DNA from: an uncultured delta proteobacterium
GTDB taxonomy: Bacteria; Desulfobacterota; Binatia; UBA9968
Assembly: GCA_963745835.1 (NCBI GenBank)
Contig: CAVUZH010000016.1
Span: 224,001 to 288,000, forward strand
Direction of reading: 5' to 3'
Length of the DNA: 64,000 nt
Position numbers and translations under genes: made by a program. The notes below the pieces were generated by a model that saw nothing but the letters and a program-made list of their open reading frames with translations, was not told the origin of the DNA and did no database searches. This document shows, in pieces, positions 30,454 through 41,351 of the stretch; the stretch's first letter is position 1, and each line of letters begins with the position of its first letter.

Positions 30454-31590
30454 ATGAACAGGCAACCAGAAGAGATGAATCGGGACTCGCAAACCGAAAT
30501 GGCCGACAGCGAACGCAACCTAGAAAAGCTCCAGCATAGCGAGGAACAATTTCGGTTGCTAGTGGAAGGCGTTAAAGATTACGCCATTTACATGCTGAGT
30601 CCGAAGGGTATTGTTACAACCTGGAACTCCGGGGCACAACGTATCAAAGGCTATCGAACCGAAGAAATCGTTGGACAGCACTTTTCGTGTTTCTTTACCG
30701 CACAGGACCGTGAGGCCGGTAAGCCGAAAAAAATATTGGAAATAGCGGCAGCAGCGGGAACATTTGAAGAAGAAAATTTGCGGGTCCGAAAGAACGGCTC
30801 GGTATTTTGGGCCAATATATTGATCACCGCGCTCTACAATAATGGCGGAGAGTTGTATGGATTCGCCAAGGTTGTCCGCGACATTACCGAACGCAAAGAG
30901 GCGGAGCAAAAACTTCGTGAGCATGAACGACTAGCCGCCTTGGGAACTACAGCCGCTGTTTTTGCGCATGAGATCGGCAATCCTTTAAATGGTCTTTCAA
31001 CTTCACTGCAAATTGTTAGTAAGTTTCTCGCCGGGTCGGCCGATCCGGTGGTCGAAGAAACACTTGAAATGTCGCGTCAAGAACTTCAGCGGCTGACTAC
31101 ATTACTAAATGAGTATCGTTCGTTTGCCAAACCTCAAGGCGTAAACATTGAAATGACGGATGTGCGACAACTTTTTGAGGAGGTTCTCGCTCCTGCGATC
31201 TCACACTATGAAGATTGTGGCATCAACGTCGAGCTCGAATTTAATACCAAGTTGCCACTGATCCCAGTTGATCGAGAGAAGATCAAGCAGGTCATTCTAA
31301 ATCTCTGCAAGAACGCCGTTGAAGCGATGCCCGAGGGCGGCAGCCTGAGGTGCCGGGGTTACCAGAGAGCCGACCGTATGATCATAGAAGTTGCCGACAC
31401 CGGGACGGGCATCCCTGAAGGGCTCAACGTTTTTCAGCTGTTCAAAACCACCAAGCCCCAAGGTACCGGGTTGGGGCTTCCCATCGTAGAGCAGATTATA
31501 AGCGAGCACCACGGAAGCGTGCATCATGTTACTGAGCTTGAAAAAGGCACTGTGTTCATAGTCTCACTTCCGCTAGACCATACTAAGTAG
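30454..31590 (+). CDS. PAS/PAC sensor histidine kinase
   Basis: KDYAIYML...WNSGAQRIKGY PAS; AHEIGNPL; NLCKNAVEAM; GTGLGL; AAGGAG RBS. Confidence 0.93.
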   Translation: MNRQPEEMNRDSQTEMADSERNLEKLQHSEEQFRLLVEGVKDYAIYMLSPKGIVTTWNSGAQRIKGYRTEEIVGQHFSCFFTAQDREAGKPKKILEIAAAAGTFEEENLRVRKNGSVFWANILITALYNNGGELYGFAKVVRDITERKEAEQKLREHERLAALGTTAAVFAHEIGNPLNGLSTSLQIVSKFLAGSADPVVEETLEMSRQELQRLTTLLNEYRSFAKPQGVNIEMTDVRQLFEEVLAPAISHYEDCGINVELEFNTKLPLIPVDREKIKQVILNLCKNAVEAMPEGGSLRCRGYQRADRMIIEVADTGTGIPEGLNVFQLFKTTKPQGTGLGLPIVEQIISEHHGSVHHVTELEKGTVFIVSLPLDHTK

Positions 31591-31625
31591 ATCAAGGCTC
31601 TAAGTCGAAGCTAGGTTGTACGTCG

Positions 31626-32007
31626 ATGAAGAAGATCTTGATTGTCGAAGATCATCCTGGCATGCGTGAAGCCCTGCGGCGACAAATCCAATCCTGGGGC
31701 TTTGCTGCTATCACAGCAAGAAACGGTAAGGAGGGCGTCGCGACCGCGCTTAAGGAAAAGGCCGACCTAATTATGATTGACTTGATGATGCCTGAGATGG
31801 ATGGCCTACAGATGACGGAAATACTGCGATCAAACCCCGAGACCAAAGAAGTGCCCATTATAGCTGTACCGTCCTATAGCTGTGACCGCAGCATTTCGGC
31901 GACAAGACAGACAAAACTGCATGGGAGTGGGATGCAACGACTACATAGTCAAGCCGTTCAAGCTTGAGGAACTGCAGAAAAAAATCAACGCTCTTGTCCA
32001 GGAATAA
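31626..32007 (+). pseudogene. single-domain response regulator disrupted by a 16-bp insertion
   Basis: KILIVED, IDLMMPEMDG; the native C-terminus IAVTAAF...GCNDYIVKPFKLEEL...QE* continues in another frame after the duplication at 31859-31883. Confidence 0.8.
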
Positions 32008-32045
32008 ACACGACTCATGATTGACGGGCATCTTTAGAGTATGAG

Positions 32046-32417
32046 TCAGAAGTCGGCTTTCGGTTCGCCGATCACCTTCTGAATTTCCGATAGCAACTCG
32101 TTGGGCGAAAACGGCTTCCTCAGGAATGGGACGCCCAGTTCCGAGATGTCTGCACGATTATCGAAGTAGTAAGCCGTCATCAGGAGAATAGGCGTAGTTG
32201 GGTCACTGGAGACAATGTGCGAGGCAAGGGTTAAACCATCCATACCCGGCATTCTAAGATCGGAAAGCACAAGATCGAATCGAGAGTGCCCCAACAGCTC
32301 CATCGCTTCAACACCGTCTTTTGCCCCAGAGACTTCGTATCCTGCCTGATTCAGAAAGTGACTTACGAGTTTCAGGTTATCTTGTTCGTCCTCAACCACC
32401 AGAATTTTCTTGGTCAT
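32046..32417 (-). CDS. single-domain response regulator (CheY-like)
   Basis: KILVVED, SDLRMPGMDG, LMTAY, RKPF. Confidence 0.92.
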   Translation of the reverse strand: MTKKILVVEDEQDNLKLVSHFLNQAGYEVSGAKDGVEAMELLGHSRFDLVLSDLRMPGMDGLTLASHIVSSDPTTPILLMTAYYFDNRADISELGVPFLRKPFSPNELLSEIQKVIGEPKADF

Positions 32418-32877
32418 GGCCGAGCCCCAAAGAATCGTACGTAAGAGTTGAGGCCGTTCGGAAGCTCAGTAGAGAGATCGCGAGGCCAAGGCAGGCTCAA
32501 GAACGGGAGATTGAACAAGAAACGCTTAGCAAGCTCCAAAAGGCGTGTCAATCATTGAGATGAAATTGACTCTGTTAAGCTGAGCCTTGCCGCTACTCAC
32601 CGAATATCCCGCTTGATACGTAAACACAGTCGCGGACTCGGTGATTGTGGCTCATTGGAGTTCCGAGCCAAATCGCCACCACACGCCTACCCTGGGGCAG
32701 TAAAGGTCTGAGATCGTCACGGCTACTGCCGAAACTCAGCTCACCGACGCTGCTCTTACTACAGCTAAGGAGGTAAAAAACGCTAGACGGATCCTGGAAA
32801 AGTCTGCTATTGCGAGAAAAACTGTGAAAAATACCTATCTTGACGATTAGTCTGTGGGCGATAGGATTGGTCTATGT

Positions 32878-35800
32878 ATGAATGATCAGAGACGAAACCC
32901 CAGAGTAGTCGGCATCGGCGCATCAGCGGGCGCAATGGATCCGCTCAAAGAATTCTTTACGGGAATCGGTACCGAAACCGGACTTGCCTTCGTGGTCGTA
33001 CAGCACCTCGATCCTAACCACATCAGCTACATGTCGGAAGTTTTGGCGCGCCAAACCGGCATGAAGGTTATCGAAGCAACCGATCGAGCGCCGCTCCAGG
33101 CCAATTTCGTTTATACCATCCCGCCCAATAAATATATTTCCTTAGACGATGGCGTGCTGCGGCTGAGCGAGCCGATCAAACGCGACGGCTTGAGACTGCC
33201 GATCGATTTTTTCTTTCGCTCTCTGGCTCATGACCGTGGCGTCGAGGCTATTGCCGTCCTGCTTTCAGGCGGCGGCTCGGATGGAACTCTCGGGATCAGA
33301 GAGATACGCGGCGCCGGCGGTCTGGTGATCGTACAGAATCCGGAGACCGCCGAGTTCGACTCGATGATCGAGAGCGCCATCGCCACCGGTCTTGTGGATT
33401 TTGTTCTGCCGGTTCAGGAAATTCCCGCCAAGCTGCTTCAGTATGTGCGCCAGGTTTCCGAAAACGATGGCGCCACACCGCAGACGATCAGCGCTGGCAT
33501 CGACGACATTCTCGAGCTCCTCGTCAATGAAACCAAGAGCGATTTCCGCTCTTACAAAAAGACTACCGTCCGGCGCCGCATCGAACGCCGCATGGGTGTC
33601 AATCGTATCCAGGACATATCCGGTTATCACACTTTTCTCAGGGATAATCCTGCGGAGCTGGCCAAGCTTGCCAAAGACATGCTGATCGGCGTGACCAGTT
33701 TCTTCCGCGACCTGGAGGCGTTTGCCGAGTTGCGCGAGAAAGTTATCAAGCCGCTGGTCCTGGAAAGTAACCGCTCAAGTCCTCTGCGCGCATGGATTCC
33801 CGGATGCGCCACCGGCGAGGAGGCTTATTCGATCGCGATCTTGGTGATGGAGGAAATGGCCGCCGCGAGGAAAAATCTGAGCCTGCAGATGTTCGCGTCC
33901 GACATCGACAGCGATGCCCTTAAATCTGCGCGCGAAGGGATTTATCCGCAAAGCATCGCCGCCGATGTAAACGAGGAGCGCCTGGCGCGGTTTTTTATCA
34001 AAAAGGACAGCATCTACCAGATCGAGCCGAGAATCCGCGAATGCGTCACCTTTGCCGAACACAACGCGATCCAAGATCCGCCGTTCCTGCGAATGGACTT
34101 GATCAGCTGTCGCAACTTGATGATCTACATAGAGCCGGAGGTCCAACAAAAAATTCTCAACCTCTTCGGCTTTGCTTTGAAACCGGACCGCTATTTGTTT
34201 TTAGGAAAAGCCGATACCAGCATCGAGCAAAGCGATCTTTTCGAGCCGGTCTCGCGAAGCTGGCGGATCTTTCAGCGGCGCCCGTCGGTGGCTGTTCCCT
34301 TCCGTAGCTTTCCTACTAGAACAGCGACCCATGCCATCAAATCGGAAGAGCAGCATCCGATCAAACTCGCCGACTTGAACCAGCAGGTGCTCCTGGATCA
34401 TTTCAATGCAAGCATGGTCCTGGTTAGGCAAACCGGCGAGATCCTCCATTTTTACGGCGCGACGCATAAGTATCTGTCGCACCCAGCCGGCGATGCCACG
34501 CTTAATCTTTTTAGCATGCTCGAAAAGCACCATGCCGTTGCGCTGCGCCTCGCCGTCGAGCGCGCCGAGCGCGAAGACGTAACCGTCACTTCGGAGCTTC
34601 GCGAGATTGCCCGCAACGATCCTGCCGAGATAGTTAAGATTACCGTCAAGCCGGTCAAAGATCCGATCTCGCGCAAGCGCCTGATCGCGGTCATCTTCCA
34701 GCCGGCCGAGCCGCAGCCTACGCCGGAGCCCGTCGCCCGGCAGGCAACCAAACCTCAGGATGGCGATATCGCCACCCAGCTGGAGGCCGAGAACAATCAG
34801 GTTGAAACAGGATCTTCAAACGGCCATCGAAACTTTTCAGGTGACGCATGAAGAATTCACCGCCGCCAACGAGGAAGTGCTGGCGATCAACGAGGAGTTA
34901 CAGTCGACAAATGAAGAGCTGGAAACATCCAAGGAAGAATTACAGTCGGTCAATGAGGAATTGATCACCGTCAATAACCAGCTCAACGATAAAGTCGAAG
35001 ATCTTAGCAAGGCCAATGATGATCTGGCGAATTTTTTAAACAGCTCGGATGTCGCGACGTTGTTTTTGGACCGGGGGTTTTGCATCCGCCGTTTCACGGT
35101 TTCGGCAACACGGCTGATGAACTTACTGAGCCTGGATGTCGGCCGTCCGATCAAGGATATCGCAAATCAGCTCGTCAACGTGAATCTGACCAGCGTGGCC
35201 GACGCCGTGCTCAAGAATTTGGCGACTTACGAACAGGAGGTCGCGGCCGCAAACGGGTCGTGGTACATGATGCGCTGCGTTCCGTATCGCACCCTGAACG
35301 ACGTCATCGACGGCGTGGTCTTCACGTTCACCGACGTGACCCGCCTGAAGCAATCGGAAGAAGCGATGCGTCGTGCCCGTGATTACACCGACAACATCAT
35401 TCAGACGGTTCCCGTTTCTCTGCTTGTGCTTGACGCCAAGCTCACAGTTGTCTGCGCCAATCAGGCTTTTTACCGGACCTTTGAAGTCGCGCGCGCAGAT
35501 ACCGAACATCGGCTCATCTATGAGCTGGGCAGCGGCCAATGGAATATTCCCAAACTGCGGGAGGTTTTAGACGATATCGCGAAGCGCGACTCGCACATCG
35601 ATAACTTCGAGGTGGAGCACGACTTTCCCGGCATCGGCCGCAAGATCATGTCTCTGAACGGCCGGAAACTCTCCAGCAATCACGGTGACGATAACAACTC
35701 GATACTGCTGGCCATCGAGGACATCACCGGACGCAGGCAAGCCGAAGAAGAGCGACTCTGGCTCGAAGGCGAGCTTCGCCAGGCGCAGAAGATGGAAAGC

Positions 35801-36509
35801 CTGGGCACACTGGCGGCGGGGATCGCGCACGACTTCAACAACATTTTAAATATCGTGCAGGGATACGCTTTCGTATTGCGCGATTCCAAGATCGCCGATG
35901 AACTGGTCAAAGAAAGTGTTTCGGCGATTCTTGACAGCACGACACGAGGCGCGACCATAGTCCAGCAGCTACTGACGCTAGCGCGCAAGACAGAGCCTAA
36001 GTTCGAGCTAGTAAACATTGATGCCCTGGTCGAGGAAGCTGGCGCAGTTGTTCGGCAAGTCCTCTCCGCAAACGATAGAAATCAAGCTCGAATTAAGCCG
36101 GCAGAGCCCGCCGGTCTTGGCCGATCGCAATCAGATTTTTCAAGCTCTGTTGAATCTCTGCCTGAACGCGCGCGACGCGATGGCGAGCGGCGGCACTCTG
36201 ACGTTGAAGACCTCGCTGGTCAATCGTAATGCCGTGCGTAATGCCGTGCCTAGCTCCGAGGAGGTCACGGCCGAACAGTATGTGCGCATCGACGTTAACG
36301 ATACCGGCGAGGGAATAGATGAAAAGGTCCTGGGTCGGATTTTTGAGCCTTTCTTCACCACCAAGGGCGCTGGCCGGGGAACCGGTTTGGGTCTAGCGGT
36401 CGTGTATGGGATTCTCAAGCACCACAAAGGTTCCATCCAGGTGACGAGTAAGCCCGGCGCGGGAACGTCTTTTCAAATTTATTTACCGGTTATGAGACCT
36501 AGTGATTGA
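32878..36509 (+). pseudogene. CheB-CheR-coiled-coil-PAS-PAS-histidine kinase fusion split by two +1 frameshifts (near 34795 and 36035)
   Basis: CheB GASAG/QHLDP/SDG; CheR GCATGEEAYS and LISCRNLMIY; NEELQSTNEELETSKEELQS; AHDFNN H-box; NARDAM and GTGLGL, spread over three consecutive overlapping ORFs; may be an intact gene with sequencing errors. Confidence 0.85.
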
Positions 36510-36936
36510 AGGATTGACCGGGATGCAACCTGGCGATAACCACTCGCGCACTATTCTTGTGGTGGAAGACGAACGTCTCATGCGCCGCTTGCTCGAGAGA
36601 ATTCTTTGCACGGATGATACGTCGGTGCTGCTGGCGGCTGATGGTCAGGAAGCGGTGGACATCTACCGCGATCACAAATGGGAGATCAGCGTCGTCTTAC
36701 TGGATCTCGGACTGCCCAAGCTCTCGGGTTGGGAAGTGTTCAAGAATTTGAAGCAGCAAAACCCCGATGTCTGCGTCATCGTCGCCAGCGGTTACCTCGA
36801 CCCCGACGTGAAGAGCCGGATGCATGAGGCCGGGGTCGAATACTTCATCGAGAAACCGTACAAGCTCAATGAATTGCTGGCGACGCTGCACGGGGTGATC
36901 AAGCACGGATGTGAGTGGCCTATAGCTAGACGCTAG
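36502..36936 (+). CDS. single-domain response regulator
   Basis: TILVVED, LLDLGLP, ASGY, EKPY. Confidence 0.9.
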   Translation: MIEGLTGMQPGDNHSRTILVVEDERLMRRLLERILCTDDTSVLLAADGQEAVDIYRDHKWEISVVLLDLGLPKLSGWEVFKNLKQQNPDVCVIVASGYLDPDVKSRMHEAGVEYFIEKPYKLNELLATLHGVIKHGCEWPIARR

Positions 36937-37070
36937 CGGAGTCTCTGCCGCTCCTGCTCAAACGGATTGTCTAAAAGCCCGGTACAACAGCCACCCTCGC
37001 CAATTGCCGTTTTTTTTGTTTAGCTGAATGTAGATGCCGCTAGTCATCGGCATCTTTCCAAGGAGAGTCT

Positions 37071-38070
37071 TTGCCGAATCGCGATATCATCGTCATGGGA
37101 GCTTCCGCCGGTGGGCTATCGGCATTTAACCGCATCATCAAGCACCTGCCGGAGCAGCTAAATGCGGCGGTTTTCATCGTCTGGCATGTCTCCCCCTTTT
37201 CGACGTCGATATTACCTGAGATTCTGAATCGAGCCGGCAAACTAAAGGCCAAGCATCCTGCCGACGGCGAGTCGATAGAGATGGGGAAGATCTATATAGC
37301 CCCGCCGGATCATCACCTGTTGCTCGAATCGGGTCGCATCCGCCTCACTAAAGGACCCAAAGAAAATCGCTTTCGCCCTGCGATCGACCCGCTGTTTAGG
37401 TCTGCTGCCTACGCTTACGGATCTCGTGTCGTCGGCGTTGTCCTTAGCGGCGCGCTTGACGACGGCACAGCCGGGCTCTGGGCCATCAAAGACCGCGGCG
37501 GCATCGCGGTGGTGCAAGATCCGGCCGAGGCGGAACAGTCGTCGATGCCGGCGAGCGCGCTGGCTAATGTCCAGGTCGATCACTGTGTACCGGTATCGGA
37601 GATTCCTCCGCTCTTAGTCGCACTCACTCAGCGAGCGGTCGAGGAAAGAAGGATTCCCGTGTCGAAGGATTTGGAGATTGAGACCAAGATAGCGTTGGGC
37701 GGGGATGCGGCGGATTTAGATGTAAAACAGCTTGGAGAAATCTCGGAATTCACCTGCCCGGATTGTCACGGATCGTTAATCCAGCTAAACAACGACAAAC
37801 TGCTGCGTTTCCGCTGTCACACGGGACACAGCTTTGGCGGCGCCAGCCTCGCTAGCTGAGCTAACTGATTCCGTCGAAGAGTCCGTCTGGACTGCCATTC
37901 GCGCCGTGGAAGAACGGATTAGACTGCTCAAGCACCTGGCGCAACACGCCAGCGATCTTGAGCAGACCGAGGCGATCAGCACGCTTGAGCGTGAGCTTCA
38001 AGAAAACGAGCGGCGGGCTGATTTGCTGCGCCAGGCGGCGATGCTCGATGGCAATAAGAATCTCTCCTAA
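37071..38070 (+). pseudogene. CheB-type methylesterase with C-terminal Cys/His domain, +1 frameshift near 37851
   Basis: GASAGG, RPAIDPLFRSAA, LSGALDDG, FTCPDCHG...FRCHTGH; continuation LAELTDSVEESVWTAIRAVEER is in the next frame. Confidence 0.85.
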
Positions 38071-38188
38071 CCGTTTCTGAATTCCTCAGCTCGCTGTCTT
38101 CTTCGGTAAGCGCTTCCAAAGTGCCGCTTCAACTTGACGTCTGAATCAAGTTTCGCATAACGTGCTTGCCATTATGGGAGCTTGCACG

Positions 38189-39181
38189 ATGAAAATTTTT
38201 AAGCTGCTCGTGGCGATCGTCAGTTTTGGCGTCCAGGCCACTGAAGCGTCTGCTCAGCTTACCAAAATTACCACTTCCTACGTCTCTGATTCGGCTGCCG
38301 TTCTGCCGCTGTGGATTGCCAAAGATACCGGTATTTTCGCGCGCAATGGGCTCGAGGTGCAGGCGGTTCGCGTTCACGCGTCGGTAGGGGTGATGGCGTT
38401 GTTGTCCGGCGAGCTTCAGTTTGTTCTCGCTTCGGGACCGGTAGTGGTCGAAAGCGCGCTGCGTGGCTCCAACGCAGTGTACGTTGCGTGCGGCATGTCG
38501 ACCTTGGACTTTGCGCTTGTGAGCCGTCCTGAAATAAAAAACGCGCTGCAACTCAAAGGCGCTACGGTAGGTCTTTCGGCGTTTAGGGGCGCCAATCCCA
38601 CCGCCACCCGCTTCGCCTTGCAGAAAATGGGAGTCGCGCAGAAAGACGTCTCGTTGATCGTGGTCGGCGGCACGACCGAAAGGATCGCCAGCCTTCGTGC
38701 CGGCAAAATCCAGGCGACGCTCTTTAGCCCGCCACAAAATTTTGCCGCGCAAGCTGAAGGATTCAACCTGCTCGCCGACGTCGCCGATCTGGGCCTACCC
38801 TTCGTCCATGTCGGAGTGGCGACCACCCGCGGTTTCGTTCGCGACAATCCGGAAACGTTGCGCCGTTATGTTAAGTCGCACATCGAAGCGATTCATTTGA
38901 TGAAGACGGATCGCGAAACCGGCATTAAAGTACTGGCCAAATACTTGCGATCAATAAAAGATCGCGAAATCTTGTCGAAAACCTATGACGGCGCCATTCC
39001 CGACAACAAGTTCACGCGTAAGCAATATCCGTCGATGCCGGGACTGCAAATGGCTTTGGACTTGTTAGCGGAAGAAAATCCGAAAGCCAAGAGCGCCAAG
39101 CCGGATGACTTTATCGACAGCCGGTTCGTCAAAGAGCTCGACAACAGCGGTTACATAGATGGACTGTACAAACGCAAGTAG
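38189..39181 (+). CDS. NMT1/THI5(SsuA)-like ABC substrate-binding protein
   Basis: Signal peptide; PLWIAKDTGIFARNGLEV; LKGATVG; DFIDSRFVKEL. Confidence 0.88.
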   Translation: MKIFKLLVAIVSFGVQATEASAQLTKITTSYVSDSAAVLPLWIAKDTGIFARNGLEVQAVRVHASVGVMALLSGELQFVLASGPVVVESALRGSNAVYVACGMSTLDFALVSRPEIKNALQLKGATVGLSAFRGANPTATRFALQKMGVAQKDVSLIVVGGTTERIASLRAGKIQATLFSPPQNFAAQAEGFNLLADVADLGLPFVHVGVATTRGFVRDNPETLRRYVKSHIEAIHLMKTDRETGIKVLAKYLRSIKDREILSKTYDGAIPDNKFTRKQYPSMPGLQMALDLLAEENPKAKSAKPDDFIDSRFVKELDNSGYIDGLYKRK

Positions 39182-39367
39182 CAGCGGATCGTATATGCTC
39201 CAATAGCTGTAAACGGTTCCACAAGCGACTCTACAGGCCAGGGTGCAACGGAAAACTACCTCATCGAGAAGAACAGATCCTCCGAGTCGTCATGGCGATG
39301 CTGAGACTAAAGATTCACTTGGCCAGCTCAGAACTACATCCTGATTAGGCGTTCGCCCAGATTAGAA

Positions 39368-40288
39368 ATGTTTCCGGTAGAACTGCCTGGCTATAGAAAA
39401 GATCGATACAAGGATTACACTTCTCTGCTTTTGGAGGCTTGTAGCTGGCTAGGAATAACACGGGGTCGCGCGCAAGATTACGTGCGCCTGCTAACCGAAT
39501 TTCATGAGCAACAGAAGCAGACACGTCAACATATCCTCGCATACAACGAGGCCTGTGAAGTCATCGATATTTACCGGTTCTGGCTGTCCAAAGTCGATCG
39601 CTTCCCGGGTCTTCGGACGAAAATTTCCAACGTGCTTCGTTCAGGGCCTGTGCTAATGGAAGAAGAACGAGCACAAAAATCGAACAATCGCGCACGAAAT
39701 GATTCTTTTGGCTACTATCTAGCAGGGATGCTTTTGGCGGCTGATGTACCAGTCATTGCGGTTGACAGCGTTCTCGAGCAAAGCCGATCGGGAATACAAA
39801 GCGCGGACATCACGCTTCTTTGGGGTACCGATCTGGTCGATATTGAGTGCAAAAGACCTCAACGTTGGCAGTCATTGGACGCACGCGTCAAAGAAGCAGG
39901 GAAGCAGATTGAAGCAAGAAACAGAACCGGAGTTATAGCTGTGGATTGCTCCGTTATGGTGAGACCACCTGGTGGAATGTTAAGAAGCCGTTCAATTGCC
40001 GACGCCAACAGTTTCATTGTTCAATCTCTAACGGCGAAGTGTTATCGGCCCCTAGCTAAACTCCGAAGCAAATCTTTGTTGGGATTCCTCCTGTTTGCCA
40101 GAATTCCCGTTATCACAAAGATTGCGAAATCGAGTGTGATAACTAGCGAGGGACAACCTCTGACGTATATTCAACGAGAAAGTCTTACGACCTACATATC
40201 GTTCAACAATAACGACTCCGATAAGCCTGGCTTGCTCCCGTCCATAGTTAGGCAATTTAAAACTTTAGTAGACTCAGGCTTACAGTAA
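39368..40288 (+). CDS. hypothetical protein with a possible PD-(D/E)xK nuclease motif
   Basis: SADITL...DIECKRP; visibly more AT-rich than neighbouring genes. Confidence 0.6.
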   Translation: MFPVELPGYRKDRYKDYTSLLLEACSWLGITRGRAQDYVRLLTEFHEQQKQTRQHILAYNEACEVIDIYRFWLSKVDRFPGLRTKISNVLRSGPVLMEEERAQKSNNRARNDSFGYYLAGMLLAADVPVIAVDSVLEQSRSGIQSADITLLWGTDLVDIECKRPQRWQSLDARVKEAGKQIEARNRTGVIAVDCSVMVRPPGGMLRSRSIADANSFIVQSLTAKCYRPLAKLRSKSLLGFLLFARIPVITKIAKSSVITSEGQPLTYIQRESLTTYISFNNNDSDKPGLLPSIVRQFKTLVDSGLQ

Positions 40289-40340
40289 CTCATGCGCATT
40301 CGAAAAACTTCGATGTGCGACGTGGGAAGCTGATGTTTCA

Positions 40341-41336
40341 TTACCGTCCCGTAGCGAGCCCAAGCTCCTGATGCGCGCGACGCAAATAACTCATATCGAG
40401 GTACTTTTCCGGTCCGGGATAAGGACGCTGCTTGAAGAGGCGCTCGCCCATGAGATCGATCAAGCGCTGAAACCCTTCTCGATTGACCGAACCGTCCCGG
40501 CTGATAATTCCCTGTGAAAGATATTCATCGACGTTTTCGCGCGTGTACTTGAGAGGGATCCCGGTGCGCTGGGTTACGAGTTTTGCCGCCTCTTCTTTAT
40601 TGGCATGCGACCACTGCATCGCTCGAACCATGGCTTTGAGATAACGCACGGTGAGCTGGCTATTGGCTTCGGCCCATTTGCTATCGACGATCAGGCTATG
40701 AAACTGCAGATTGGGAATGTAATCATGCAGGCGCGCGATTTCGGTGAAGCCAAGCTCGCGAGCTCGCGGCAAATCGCCGCCGAGAACCATTGTCGCCGAG
40801 GTATTGCATCCCTTCAAGCTGGCCAGGCGCTGGGTCGTTGGTCCGCCCTGAATAATCGAGTAATCCTTGTTGATCTCCAGGCCTTCCTTCTTGAGCATCT
40901 CGCGTAGAAATATTGTGCTGCCCGAGACCAAGCTCACCACCCCGATACTGGTTCCTTTGAGCTCCTTGATGGATTTGTATTTGGGACAGCCAACCAGGGT
41001 GTAGGCGGCGATCGGCACGGTGCCGCCGATGATCTTTAACGATGCTCCCCGTTCCACCGCATTGATCGCCGGCGTCGGATCGACAATTGCAACATTTACT
41101 TGCCCGGCAATCAGAGCCTGGATCAAGGTATCTGTCGAGCCGATTAAAACGACATCGCCCTGAATCCCTTCTTGAGCAAAGAAGCCTTTGTCCGTGGCGG
41201 CATAGTTTGGCAGCTGCTCGACGGTGCGCGAGACGTTACCGATAATCACCCGGTCGGCAGCATCGGCGCTTTGGAGGCTTAAACCGGCAAGCGCCAATAA
41301 GAATCCGAGGAATCTCAGCGTTGATATCAAATTCAT
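40341..41336 (-). CDS. NMT1/SsuA-like ABC substrate-binding protein
   Basis: Signal peptide; KGFFAQEGI; ELKGTSIGV. Confidence 0.88.
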   Translation of the reverse strand: MNLISTLRFLGFLLALAGLSLQSADAADRVIIGNVSRTVEQLPNYAATDKGFFAQEGIQGDVVLIGSTDTLIQALIAGQVNVAIVDPTPAINAVERGASLKIIGGTVPIAAYTLVGCPKYKSIKELKGTSIGVVSLVSGSTIFLREMLKKEGLEINKDYSIIQGGPTTQRLASLKGCNTSATMVLGGDLPRARELGFTEIARLHDYIPNLQFHSLIVDSKWAEANSQLTVRYLKAMVRAMQWSHANKEEAAKLVTQRTGIPLKYTRENVDEYLSQGIISRDGSVNREGFQRLIDLMGERLFKQRPYPGPEKYLDMSYLRRAHQELGLATGR

Positions 41337-41351
41337 AACTGCCCTCCGGAA

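Noticed and set aside
34790-37860. Programmed ribosomal frameshifting in the CheB/CheR genes
   Set aside because: No slippery heptamer or obvious stimulatory structure at the shift sites
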